Source: a virus
Taxonomy: Duplodnaviria > Heunggongvirae > Uroviricota > Caudoviricetes
Length of the DNA stretch: 64,000 nt
Reading direction: 5' to 3' (one strand)
Virus record (IMG/VR): IMGVR_UViG_2547132035_000002
Every line of letters begins with the position of its first letter. Positions within the stretch are counted from its first letter, which is position 1. Shown piece by piece: positions 20,788-29,296 of this stretch. The notes under the pieces were generated by a model. The model was not told the origin of the DNA. It made no database searches and saw only the letters and a program-made list of their open reading frames with translations. The position numbers and the translations under genes were made by a program.

Positions 20788-21760
20788 TTATGTTTTTTAC
20801 TTTATTTTCATAACTCTTTGATGCACTTGCTGATTTTCCAGCATTAGAAACAGCCTTTTGAGAAGCAACAATCGCATTTTTCAATTGATTATAGCTTTTA
20901 AGAATACTTTTATTCTTTCCAGACTCTAAAAACTTCTCATTAGCCTTTTCGTTTTTGGAAAGACTTTGGCTATTCTCATTCTTTTGAGAATCAAATTGCT
21001 TATTGTAATTTCTTTGAATAGCCTCCCTATTCTCTTTTTCTTTTTGAGCAACTTCCTGTTTATCTTTCTCACTTTGACTTTGACTATTCTCCTTGCTTTT
21101 GCCAAATTCCTTGGTTTGTTGCGAAGTTACCTCCTCTGAGCTATCTTGAGTATCTTTTTTATTCTGTTCATATTTATTGGTATATTGCTGAACATATGAC
21201 TGATAACCCGAACCAAAAGCTATATCACTATTGTAATCATCTGAATTTATAATCTGGGAATCCTTACTTTTAGACTCCTCATTCTCCTGAGTATTCATAT
21301 TAGATTCCTTTTGTTCATCAGTCACTCCTTCAACAGCGTCCTTCAATGAATCATATTTATCAGCAGAAACGTTCACACTATAATCTCCTTGTGCCATTTG
21401 ATTTAATCTTGCTTGTAACTGCTGATTTTCCTTATCCTCACTTATTATCTTAAGATATGATTTAAATCCTTGACCAGCTTGAGAGTCTCCATCTAAATGG
21501 CCATATTGCATCTGTAAATTATTAAAAGACTCTTTAGATGATGCATAGATTGAATAAGCCTCATCCTTTATGCTAAAGGGTTGATTTTCGTCAGCCTTAT
21601 TAGAAATATCTTCTTTTTGAGCTTTTTTCTTCAAATTTTCCTGCTCCTTCTCTTGGGAATCTTTCAAAGGATTATCTGTTGCATATGCAGGCGAGACTCC
21701 TACAAGATTTAATGAGAGTCCAATACCCATGATACTCATAACAATCTTTTTAAACTTCAT
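20771..21760 (-). CDS. secreted low-complexity (Q/S/E/K-rich) protein
   Basis: N-terminal signal peptide MKFKKIVMSIMGIGLSLNLVGVSPAYA, then a compositionally biased region. Confidence 0.5.
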   Translation of the reverse strand: MKFKKIVMSIMGIGLSLNLVGVSPAYATDNPLKDSQEKEQENLKKKAQKEDISNKADENQPFSIKDEAYSIYASSKESFNNLQMQYGHLDGDSQAGQGFKSYLKIISEDKENQQLQARLNQMAQGDYSVNVSADKYDSLKDAVEGVTDEQKESNMNTQENEESKSKDSQIINSDDYNSDIAFGSGYQSYVQQYTNKYEQNKKDTQDSSEEVTSQQTKEFGKSKENSQSQSEKDKQEVAQKEKENREAIQRNYNKQFDSQKNENSQSLSKNEKANEKFLESGKNKSILKSYNQLKNAIVASQKAVSNAGKSASASKSYENKVKNIIAKSN

Positions 21761-21890
21761 GTAATCACCTCCATTACCTCATTATTATAACATGGTTTGT
21801 TTTATTCATAACTCTATGCATTTATATTTGTTCTTTTAACAAATATTGATATATAATAGGAGAGTACGATGAAAAAAGAGGTGATTAAAA

Positions 21891-22643
21891 TTGAAGCAGC
21901 TTTATTTTTATGGGAATACAGCAAAATGTCAGCTTGATAAGCTGGAAGATGGAATTTTAATGGAGGAAATAGGGGATTATTATATACTTATGGTAGCTGA
22001 TGGTAATGGTGGGCAGGCTGGAGATATTAATATAGGTCAGCTCGCTATTCATATTATGAGCCAGTATCTACATAAAATCATTAATGATAAAACAACCATT
22101 ATAGATATTAGAGACTCTCTAGATTTCGGTTTTTATGTAGTCTCACAGGCATTCCTATCAATCAACGCAATGAGTGAAAAATACAGAAATATTTATTCTT
22201 CACTATCAATATCAGTAATCAGTAAAACATCATTTAACTTCTTAACAGCGTCAACTGGAAATACGGAAATACAGCTTATTCGAAATGGACAGTTTAAAAG
22301 AGTGAATAGAGTCTATTCTGAAACATATGAAGAGTTGATGGCAGGTAAAATTGAAGAAAAAGATTTCTATATACATCCTGGAAGATGTCGTCTAACATCT
22401 GCATTGGGAGTATTTCCAGAAGTTTCTGCAGATATCCTTTTAACAGGAAATCTAAAAGAGGATGATGTTGTATTAATGACAAGTGATGGTATCTATAGAT
22501 ATATAACACCTGATGAAGTCATATCAATCCTAGCAACAGCTCAAACAATAAATGAAGGAGTCGATATGGTTTTAAAGAAAGTTAATGAGGCAGGCGGAGA
22601 AGATAATGCAACTCTCATAGTTGGGCATTTATTTAATATTTAA
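21891..22643 (+). CDS. PP2C-family Ser/Thr protein phosphatase
   Basis: VADGNGGQAGD, TSDGIYR and GGEDNATLIV are PP2C motifs. Confidence 0.7.
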   Translation: MKQLYFYGNTAKCQLDKLEDGILMEEIGDYYILMVADGNGGQAGDINIGQLAIHIMSQYLHKIINDKTTIIDIRDSLDFGFYVVSQAFLSINAMSEKYRNIYSSLSISVISKTSFNFLTASTGNTEIQLIRNGQFKRVNRVYSETYEELMAGKIEEKDFYIHPGRCRLTSALGVFPEVSADILLTGNLKEDDVVLMTSDGIYRYITPDEVISILATAQTINEGVDMVLKKVNEAGGEDNATLIVGHLFNI

Positions 22644-22678
22644 GATAAATATGTATATTTGTTATATTCACAAACGAA

Positions 22679-22708
22679 TTTACTGATTTCATAAATACAT
22701 GATATAAT
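22679..22708 (+). promoter_or_regulatory. promoter with extended -10 (TGATATAAT)
   Basis: ttactg, 17 nt, then tgatataat, about 30 nt upstream of ORF 22740. Confidence 0.35.
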
Positions 22709-22739
22709 ATTTCCTGTAGCAAAGCTACGGAGGTAGAAA

Positions 22740-23057
22740 ATGAAAAACGGAAATAAGGTTATGAAAATCACGAAAGGAGTTATCAGAACTGAAGAAGGGA
22801 TTCAAGATATCCCTGCATATGTTACAAAATGTTCAAGTTCTTTAATGCATTTCCTTGAAGAAGGAAGTACAGTAACTATTAAGGCTATGGGTAACAGAGC
22901 CATTGCCAACACAATGAAAACAATTGCCAGAGCAGGGAAGCTTTTAGAAACTGAAAACAAAATTCTAGAAATTTCTACACCTGTGTTTATTTTAGAAAAA
23001 ATAGCAGATACAGACTCTGAATTAGCTGTTTTTAATATCAATGTCTCAGTTAGATAG
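22740..23057 (+). CDS. SpoVS-like protein
   Basis: TIKAMGNRAIANTMKTIARAGKLL, LEISTPVF and ELAVFNINV align with the SpoVS segments EIQAIGAGALNQAVKAVAIARGFV, LICIPAF and TAIKLIV. Confidence 0.55.
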   Translation: MKNGNKVMKITKGVIRTEEGIQDIPAYVTKCSSSLMHFLEEGSTVTIKAMGNRAIANTMKTIARAGKLLETENKILEISTPVFILEKIADTDSELAVFNINVSVR

Positions 23058-23442
23058 CTTCCCCTTAAATGATTGGGGCTCAATTGCATTGATATGTGCA
23101 TGTCATGTTGGACAGAATATCTCCAATATTAAGGATTTGAATGGCAAAGGATTTAAAATGGATGAGAGCAAGCCTCGACAGATTAATTTTGTATGTGCAG
23201 ATTGTCAGAATTCTTTTGACTATGACGTTAAAATAAAGCTTTTTGAACTTTTAAAGAAATACTACAAAACTCATAATCAATTTGATGGATTCTCGCACTA
23301 CATTACAAGAAAGGGAGAACGAATTAGATTAAAATATATCAAGACAATAACCCATGAAACAGAATATTCAAAAAAAGAGATTATTATTATTGAAGCTGCA
23401 AACTTAACAACTCATCCGCGCTTTAAGCTCACACACATTTAA
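23041..23442 (+). CDS. hypothetical protein with two Cys pairs
   Basis: CACHVGQ...CADCQNS; overlaps the upstream stop. Confidence 0.4.
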   Translation: MSQLDSFPLNDWGSIALICACHVGQNISNIKDLNGKGFKMDESKPRQINFVCADCQNSFDYDVKIKLFELLKKYYKTHNQFDGFSHYITRKGERIRLKYIKTITHETEYSKKEIIIIEAANLTTHPRFKLTHI

Positions 23443-23446
23443 GCAA

Positions 23447-23497
23447 AAAGACATACATCATAAAGATTTTCATCTTTTCATGTATGTCTTTTTTTCA
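23447..23497 (+). terminator. rho-independent terminator (agacatacat/atgtatgtct plus T7)
   Basis: 10-bp stem followed by TTTTTTT. Confidence 0.6.
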
Positions 23498-23957
23498 TTT
23501 GCTTTATTTTCCCATTTTTGTTATAATCTTAGTGTCGAAAATAATAACATTTTTTATCTTGAGTTTTTTAACATTTGAATATATTTTTTTATAAAACAGT
23601 TTATTTGAGCACATAACCACTTTTTGGTGATGTGTATCACCTATTTCAGTATTATTTTCGACGACATAGGTTGTGTGTTCAAGTAAGCTGTTTTTTCTTT
23701 AGAAGGTGGCACTTCTATAAAAGAAAAACCGTCCTGGCAGACGGTCATCAGTTTAGTCCAAATTGGCATTGCGGACAGTTGTTTTTATAATACTCTTTTT
23801 GGCATAAGAGATTTTTTGCACTTTTATCTTAACATTTTTATAAGAAAAGTCAAGAAAATTAAGTAAAACAACTCCAATAAATAGGTTTTAAAATAAGATT
23901 ATACAAATCTTATATTCATATATTAAGATATAATAAAAAAGGGAGGAGGTGTTTTCT

Positions 23958-25661
23958 ATGGATAAAGAATCTAAATACTATAATATTAATGATACAACAA
24001 AAATAGATGCTTTCTTATCTATACCAAAAGTCTTATTTTCAGATAATAGATTCAAAAAACTTTCTGTTCCAGCAAAGTTTATGTATTCTCTCTATTTAAA
24101 CAGATATATCATTACCACTTATAAAGATAACAGTGGTCCTTATATTATCTACTCAGATTCTGATATAATGAATAAATTAAAAATTAGTGAATCAACATGT
24201 TGCCGAGCAAGAGCAGATTTAAAGAGGGTTGGACTCATCAACTATAAGCGAAGCGTTGGAAATAATAAGATATATCTATATAACTATAATAAAAAAGATG
24301 AAACAGATGAGTTTTATTATGAAACAGATTTAGATAGTTACAATTTCTTTAGGTTTCCAAATGAATTATTTGATGATATCTATAACAATCTACCTCTAGC
24401 TACAAAACTTCAATATTCTATATACTTTGATACAATGTGTTTATCTCAAATGAATTATTTTGTGGATGACAAAGAAAGAATATACTTCCAAGAATCTCTT
24501 GAAACTCAGGAAAAGAAATTAGGGCTTGGACAGTCAGCATTAAAAAGAGGAAGATATCTTTTAAAAGCCTGTGGTTTATTATTTGAATATAGAGCATTTT
24601 CACAGGATACCCGTTTCTATCTATTAAAACTTTTCAACTTTGAAGATAATGTTGAAGAATTTGAAAGCTTAGACAGCAAAAACAAAAAACTATATCTAAA
24701 GAGTCGCATGGACCAACTCAAAGAAGATTTAATTATCAATAAAAATAAAAGAAATTATACATATGTTAAACAGCTTCGCTTAAAGCATAACTTAACCCAA
24801 AAACAGATAGTAGAGGCTATAAATAAAAAATATTCATTAAGCCTTTATAAACAGACATATTCCAAATGGGAAAATGGAACAAGAAACTTCCCAGATAAAA
24901 TATATCAATTTGTAAAGCAATACCTTGAAGATATAGACATGAAAGAATCCAGTGAGCCACAATTTGATGATTATGACATATTAGATGAGAGCCACAATTT
25001 CGTGAATTTGACTTGTGATGATGAAGAAAAAATTGAAAAGAGCCATAATTCAGAGAATTTGACAGATATCAAGACTCCATCAAGAGCCATCATTTCATCA
25101 GATATGAAAGAAACAATTTCTTCAAAAAGAAAGAAACAAAATAGCGAAAAAGATATCAACATTAATAAAACTTTAAATACTTATACTGAAAATAATAAAA
25201 ACGATTCTTTATTAATTAATTTAATTAATGAAATCAATTCTTCTATTTATAATTCAATCTTTATAGAAAACACTGATAAAGACTTTCTCAATGCCTGCTT
25301 CAATAAACTGAAGCTCTTTAAGAAATTCTATATGAGTAAAGAAGCGAAAATGATAGAAGGGGATTTGTTAATAATGAATCTTGAAAAACTTATTATTCAT
25401 CAGGCATCCTTTGATTCAATTATGCTTAATATTCTTGATAGAATAAAAACCTCTGGATATTCTTTCAAGACTCCAGATAATCAAATAAACTGCTTTCTAA
25501 CATTTTTGTTTAATGATTTGAAGAACAACTCAGATAAACCAGCATGGTTTTCTCCGGGAATTCAAGAAAGTGAAGCAATCAGGCAAATAAAAAAACAATC
25601 ATCCTCAAGCTCTCATCAGATTGAAGATGACATTAAAAATTATAACTGGTGGGATGAATAA
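23958..25661 (+). CDS. replication initiator with RepA_N domain and central HTH
   Basis: The N-terminus (FLSIPKVLFSDNRFKKLSVPAKFMYSLYLNRY...GPYIIYSDSDIMNKLKISESTCCRARADLKRVGLI) matches the RepA_N pattern. An XRE-like HTH (LRLKHNLTQKQIVEAIN) follows. Likely start is ATG 23958 with RBS gggaggagg. Confidence 0.6.
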   Translation: MDKESKYYNINDTTKIDAFLSIPKVLFSDNRFKKLSVPAKFMYSLYLNRYIITTYKDNSGPYIIYSDSDIMNKLKISESTCCRARADLKRVGLINYKRSVGNNKIYLYNYNKKDETDEFYYETDLDSYNFFRFPNELFDDIYNNLPLATKLQYSIYFDTMCLSQMNYFVDDKERIYFQESLETQEKKLGLGQSALKRGRYLLKACGLLFEYRAFSQDTRFYLLKLFNFEDNVEEFESLDSKNKKLYLKSRMDQLKEDLIINKNKRNYTYVKQLRLKHNLTQKQIVEAINKKYSLSLYKQTYSKWENGTRNFPDKIYQFVKQYLEDIDMKESSEPQFDDYDILDESHNFVNLTCDDEEKIEKSHNSENLTDIKTPSRAIISSDMKETISSKRKKQNSEKDININKTLNTYTENNKNDSLLINLINEINSSIYNSIFIENTDKDFLNACFNKLKLFKKFYMSKEAKMIEGDLLIMNLEKLIIHQASFDSIMLNILDRIKTSGYSFKTPDNQINCFLTFLFNDLKNNSDKPAWFSPGIQESEAIRQIKKQSSSSSHQIEDDIKNYNWWDE

Positions 25662-25869
25662 AGGAACTAAACGAACTATAACCTTAGAAATATTTTCATA
25701 GGTCATAGTTTTTTTATTTAATAAAATTTAGACTTATCATATATAAAATTAATAATATTTAGGATTATGCTATAATATAAGTGTAATCTATACGAGTTCC
25801 ATAAATTTATTCTGATATGAGTTTTGGAGGGAAAATTCGTAAATTATTAGAAGTTGGAAAGGAGAAATT

Positions 25870-26073
25870 ATGAAGCTTCTACAAAGAGTTAAGTGGAATC
25901 ATGTCATATTAACCATGATTATCCCAGTTCTCGCACTATTAAATTTAAATTATTTAAAAATTATGATTTTAGTATTTTTAGGAGTAGTTGATAAGACAGC
26001 ATTAGATGGATGTCTTTTTTTAGTTGCAGAGCTAGTATTTGCTCTGATGTATCTACATCTAAAATACAATTGA
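25870..26073 (+). CDS. small membrane protein
   Basis: 67-aa ORF with two hydrophobic helices and an RBS. Confidence 0.3.
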   Translation: MKLLQRVKWNHVILTMIIPVLALLNLNYLKIMILVFLGVVDKTALDGCLFLVAELVFALMYLHLKYN

Positions 26074-26131
26074 TTTTTTAGCAAGAAAGATTGCAGTTAT
26101 TTTCATCAATTCAAAAAGGAGGGACAGAATT

Positions 26132-26482
26132 ATGATGATTATAAAGGAAAATCAAAACTTTCATATATCCTTAGATAATCTTATAGAATCTAAGCATATG
26201 AAACAAAGACAAAACAGAATGTTAATAGAGAACATTCACAAACAGAATATTGTGGATATTTTTTGGGTTGATAAAGGGCATCCCAATGGTCCCGAGATTC
26301 ATGTTTTATTATCAAAAGCAATTATTTTAATTTTAAATGCGAGAAGCTCAAAAGTTTGTACTGTCCTATTAGCAAGGGCAAAACAAATTTCTCGTTATTA
26401 TGAAGCTATAGAACAGCTTCCTCCTTTTGAGTTGCTTGTTTATGCTATGAACAATGAAGTTCATGGATGGAATTATATTTAA
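26132..26482 (+). CDS. hypothetical protein
   Basis: 116-aa ORF with RBS aaaggaggg. Confidence 0.4.
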   Translation: MMIIKENQNFHISLDNLIESKHMKQRQNRMLIENIHKQNIVDIFWVDKGHPNGPEIHVLLSKAIILILNARSSKVCTVLLARAKQISRYYEAIEQLPPFELLVYAMNNEVHGWNYI

Positions 26483-26536
26483 AAAATTATATAAAACTTA
26501 TGCAGAAAATATTTAAAAAGAAAGAAGGAAAAAGAA

Positions 26537-26791
26537 ATGAAAGTAAGTATGAGAAATAAAGTCAAAGAAAGATTAGAAAGTTTTGGATATAGTGATGATT
26601 ATATATTACAATCATGTGCTGAACATATTTTAGAGGACAATAATAAAATCAACCAAATCCTGCTAGCAATTGCAGATGATGAAATTCCATTTGAGGAAGC
26701 AATTCAAAAAGCAATGGAAAAAGCTGAAGATGAAAGATTAAAATCAAATGAATACACAGTCAAGGATTTTTTAATTGATTATGAGTATTAA
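26537..26791 (+). CDS. hypothetical acidic protein
   Basis: 84-aa ORF with RBS. Confidence 0.4.
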   Translation: MKVSMRNKVKERLESFGYSDDYILQSCAEHILEDNNKINQILLAIADDEIPFEEAIQKAMEKAEDERLKSNEYTVKDFLIDYEY

Positions 26792-26822
26792 TTTGTATTA
26801 AATGTTGTTTATAGAAATGAAG

Positions 26823-26848
26823 AGTGCATTTATATGCACTTTTTATTT
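26823..26848 (+). terminator. terminator hairpin (agtgcat ttat atgcact plus T-run)
   Basis: 7-bp stem then TTTT. Confidence 0.5.
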
Positions 26849-26853
26849 ATATA

Positions 26854-26882
26854 TTGACTAATTTTATATTATATGTTATAAT
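26854..26882 (+). promoter_or_regulatory. consensus sigma-A promoter driving the tRNA array (TTGACT-17-TATAAT, TGT extended -10)
   Basis: ttgact a attttat attatatgt tataat; tRNA-fMet begins about 100 nt downstream. Confidence 0.6.
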
Positions 26883-26988
26883 AACTATGAAATCACGAAA
26901 GGAAGTGAAAAACAAACAATAAACGAGATATTTTAAATTTTCTTTTTTATTGTTTCTCGTATGAGGAACTTTTTCTTTTGTGAAATAT

Positions 26989-27065
26989 CGTAGAGTAGAG
27001 CAGTTTGGTAGCTCGCAGGACTCATTATCCTGAGGTCGCAGGTTCAAATCCTGCCTCTGCAACCA
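26989..27065 (+). tRNA. tRNA-fMet (CAT), initiator-type
   Basis: Cloverleaf folded by eye with anticodon loop ctCATta, T-loop ttcaaat and encoded CCA; the C1xA72 mismatch is characteristic of bacterial initiator tRNA. Confidence 0.7.
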
Positions 27066-27066
27066 T

Positions 27067-27141
27067 GGAGCATTCGTATAATGGAAAATATACTTGACTG
27101 TCTATCAAGAGATAGGAGTTCAATTCTCCTATGTTCCGCCA
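27067..27141 (+). tRNA. tRNA-Asp (GTC)
   Basis: Anticodon stem cttga/tcaag with loop ctGTCta; T-arm aggag ttcaatt ctcct; CCA encoded. Confidence 0.7.
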
Positions 27142-27145
27142 ATTT

Positions 27146-27221
27146 GCCACCTTAGCACAACTGGAAGTGCAGCTGACCTGTAATCAGTTGGTTGGGAGTT
27201 CGAATCTCTCAGATGGCACCA
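27146..27221 (+). tRNA. tRNA-Thr (TGT) with C33
   Basis: Perfect 76-nt cloverleaf; anticodon loop ccTGTaa (position 33 is C); resembles Bacillus tRNA-Thr(UGU). Confidence 0.65.
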
Positions 27222-27225
27222 TATT

Positions 27226-27300
27226 GTGGGTATAGTATAATGGTTCGTATATCTGCCTTCCAAGCAGAGGATGAGGGTTCGATTCCCTTTACCCACTCCA
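27226..27300 (+). tRNA. tRNA-Gly (TCC)
   Basis: Anticodon loop ctTCCaa, T-arm gaggg ttcgatt ccctt; resembles B. subtilis tRNA-Gly(UCC). Confidence 0.7.
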
Positions 27301-27321
27301 AGTATCATTTTATTATTTTAT

Positions 27322-27398
27322 GGACCTTTAGCTCAGTTGGTTAGAGCGATGCGCTGTTAACGTAAGGGTCACAGGTTCAAGTCCTGTAGGGTCCGCCA
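27322..27398 (+). tRNA. tRNA-Asn (GTT)
   Basis: D-arm gctc agttggtta gagc, anticodon loop ctGTTaa, T-arm acagg ttcaagt cctgt, CCA. Confidence 0.65.
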
Positions 27399-27406
27399 AA
27401 TATGTC

Positions 27407-27480
27407 CGAGTTGGCAAGCAGTTTACGCTTTAGCGCTCTATCAGATATCGTGGGTTCGACTCCCACCTCGGATACCATTA
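27407..27480 (+). tRNA. atypical tRNA-like element (acceptor and T-arm canonical; D- and anticodon arms non-canonical)
   Basis: 7-bp acceptor gtccgag/ctcggat, T-arm gtggg ttcgact cccac and CCA are present, but no 5-bp anticodon stem with a 7-nt loop can be drawn. Confidence 0.3.
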
Positions 27481-27620
27481 ATCATTAGTTACTTTCTCCA
27501 GTATCTACCATAAAAGTATAGCTTGTGATTATTTATTATTGTAAAAAAAAGTTTACAGTAGATAATTAAAAACTCTGAGATGATATCTTTCTTGTCAATA
27601 GACCATTGGGTGATTTCATA

Positions 27621-27650
27621 GGAGTGTTGTGAGGTCAATCAATATTTATA
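27621..27650 (+). promoter_or_regulatory. internal promoter within the tRNA array (TATAAT 10 nt upstream of tRNA-Ser)
   Basis: ttgtga, 17 nt, then tataat. Confidence 0.35.
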
Positions 27651-27660
27651 ATTTAAAAAC

Positions 27661-27747
27661 GCTCAGTTGTGATAATTGGTAGTCGTGCTGTCTTGAAAAC
27701 AGTTGGTCTGAAAGGACTTGGGGGTTCGAGTCCCTCACTGAGCGCCA
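27661..27747 (+). tRNA. tRNA-Ser (TGA), class II
   Basis: Anticodon loop ctTGAaa, long variable arm, T-arm ggggg ttcgagt ccctc, CCA. Confidence 0.7.
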
Positions 27748-27754
27748 AACATAT

Positions 27755-27841
27755 GGGTCTCTATCCAAATTGGTGAAGGAAGCAGACTGTAAATCTGTGA
27801 CATTAGAAACGCTGCTGGTTCGAATCCAGGGGGGCCCACCA
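27755..27841 (+). tRNA. tRNA-Tyr (GTA), class II
   Basis: 3-bp D stem with long D loop, anticodon loop ctGTAaa, long variable arm, CCA. Confidence 0.65.
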
Positions 27842-27866
27842 TTAAAAAATTTCATAATTACATATT

Positions 27867-27939
27867 GTACTTGTAGCAAAGTTGGTAATGCACTCGACTT
27901 CTAATAGAGGGTATGAGGGTTCAACCACTTCTAAGTATA
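27867..27939 (+). tRNA. tRNA-Arg (TCT)-like, possibly a pseudogene
   Basis: Acceptor gtacttg/taagtat, anticodon loop ctTCTaa, T-loop ttcaacc; G53xA61 and anticodon-stem mismatches; no encoded CCA. A clean tRNA-Arg(TCT) exists at 28860. Confidence 0.35.
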
Positions 27940-27955
27940 CTAAATCTATTTAGAT

Positions 27956-28032
27956 ATCAGGGTGGTGAAACTGGTAAGCACATGGGACCTTGACTCCCAC
28001 ATTTAGAGGTTCGAGCCCTCTCCCTGATGCCA
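27956..28032 (+). tRNA. tRNA-Gln (TTG) with C33
   Basis: Anticodon stem tggga/tccca, loop ccTTGac; T-arm agagg ttcgagc cctct; CCA. Confidence 0.65.
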
Positions 28033-28034
28033 AT

Positions 28035-28109
28035 ATCTCTGTAGTGTAAAAGGGAACACATTGGTCTCCAAAACCAAAACTTAAGGTTCGACTCCTTACA
28101 GAGGTGCCA
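28035..28109 (+). tRNA. tRNA-Trp (CCA)
   Basis: D-arm gtgt/acac, anticodon stem ttggt/accaa with loop ctCCAaa, T-arm taagg ttcgact cctta. Confidence 0.65.
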
Positions 28110-28123
28110 ATATTTTATCATCT

Positions 28124-28200
28124 GGTTTCATAGCTCAATCTGGTAGAGCAGATAACTGAAACTTCTCGTAGCGTTGGTTCAAGTCCATCTGAAACCACCA
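28124..28200 (+). tRNA. tRNA-Phe (GAA)
   Basis: gctc aatctggta gagc D-arm, anticodon loop ctGAAac, acceptor ggtttca/tgaaacc, CCA. Confidence 0.65.
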
Positions 28201-28205
28201 ATCAT

Positions 28206-28290
28206 CTTCTCGTGATGGAATAGGTAGACATGCTAGTTTTAGAAACTAGTGCTTTATAGCGTAAGAGTTCAAATCTCTTCGAGAAGACCA
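28206..28290 (+). tRNA. tRNA-Leu (TAG), class II
   Basis: Anticodon stem ctagt/actag, loop ttTAGaa, long variable arm, T-arm aagag ttcaaat ctctt. Confidence 0.7.
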
Positions 28291-28293
28291 AAT

Positions 28294-28380
28294 ACTCCTA
28301 TGATGAAATCGGTAGACATACAGAACTTAAACTTCTGTGGGCAAAAGCTCGTATGGGTTCGATTCCCATTAGGAGTACCA
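28294..28380 (+). tRNA. tRNA-Leu (TAA), class II
   Basis: Anticodon stem cagaa/ttctg, loop ctTAAac, long variable arm, CCA. Confidence 0.7.
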
Positions 28381-28388
28381 ATATTTTT

Positions 28389-28476
28389 GCTGACTTGGCT
28401 GAGTGGTAAAGCAGCGGTTTGCTAAACCGTACTAGATGTAAATCTAGCATAGGTTCGAGTCCTATAGTCAGCGCCA
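28389..28476 (+). tRNA. tRNA-Ser (GCT), class II
   Basis: Anticodon loop ttGCTaa, long variable arm, T-arm atagg ttcgagt cctat, CCA. Confidence 0.7.
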
Positions 28477-28488
28477 TAATGTATTATT

Positions 28489-28567
28489 GGGAACTGGGAC
28501 TGCTAGGTGTGGTCACCTGTTTTGCACACAGGAAATCAGTTGGATTCGAATTCCAAAGTTTCCACCA
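28489..28567 (+). tRNA. tRNA-Ala (TGC)
   Basis: G3:U70 pair present, anticodon stem cctgt/acagg with loop ttTGCac, T-arm ttgga ttcgaat tccaa. Confidence 0.65.
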
Positions 28568-28579
28568 TTTTAAAAATAT

Positions 28580-28656
28580 GGACGTTTAGCTCAGATGGTC
28601 AGAGCTGTCGGCTCATAACCGACTGGTCATAGGTTCGAATCCTATATCGTCCACCA
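28580..28656 (+). tRNA. tRNA-Met (CAT), elongator or tRNA-Ile2 (lysidine)
   Basis: gctc agatggtc agagc D-arm, anticodon stem gtcgg/ccgac with loop ctCATaa; 1-72 paired. Confidence 0.65.
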
Positions 28657-28859
28657 ATGATTATATAATTTATTAAATAAAACCATGTGGAAACTGCATA
28701 AGCAATGGATGCAGATAGTCACGAGCTAGGAGGTTGGCTTTGACGAAAATATATATTTTCTTAGTATATTTGAAAGTGCATGAAAGAATAGAAAATGAAA
28801 GTATATTCTGTATAAGGAGTCAGATGCTAAGGCTATTGCGATAAATAGTTATCATTATT

Positions 28860-28934
28860 ACCTCTTTAGCTTAATGGATAGAGCATGGAGTTTCTACCTC
28901 CACGATGAGGGTTCAATTCCTTCAAGAGGTGCCA
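28860..28934 (+). tRNA. tRNA-Arg (TCT)
   Basis: Anticodon stem tggag/ctcca with loop ttTCTac, T-arm gaggg ttcaatt ccttc, CCA. Confidence 0.65.
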
Positions 28935-29060
28935 ATTTCCTTCATGAAATAAGGTAAAGATAAGATATTGGGAAGTATCTCGGAGTCCAGTCTATTGTAG
29001 TGATAGATAAACATATTATGTCTGGTCCAGCATAAATACGGAAGAGATATTCTCTTTCCT

Positions 29061-29137
29061 CTCGATATAGCATAATTTGGTAGTGCACTCGGCCTGGGAC
29101 CGAGTTTGTAAAGGTTCAAATCCTTTTATCGAGACCA
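29061..29137 (+). tRNA. tRNA-Pro (TGG) with C33
   Basis: C1-G72 as usual for Pro; anticodon stem ctcgg/ccgag with loop ccTGGga. Confidence 0.65.
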
Positions 29138-29138
29138 T

Positions 29139-29212
29139 ATCCGTTTAGTTTAAAAGGAAAACATCATCCTTACAAGTTGAAGACGGTGGAGCATTACCAC
29201 CAACGGATACCA
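29139..29212 (+). tRNA. atypical tRNA-like element (anticodon ACA, non-canonical T-loop agcatta)
   Basis: Perfect acceptor atccgtt/aacggat plus CCA and D-arm gttt/aaac, but the T-loop lacks TTC and the anticodon loop cttACAa begins with A34. Confidence 0.3.
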
Positions 29213-29215
29213 TAT

Positions 29216-29291
29216 AGGAGTATCGTACAACTGGTGAGTACTCACGACCGATAATCGTGCAATATAGGTTCGATTCCTATTATTCCTACCA
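29216..29291 (+). tRNA. tRNA-Ile (GAT) with C33
   Basis: Anticodon stem cacga/tcgtg with loop ccGATaa, T-arm atagg ttcgatt cctat, CCA. Confidence 0.65.
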
Positions 29292-29296
29292 AAATG

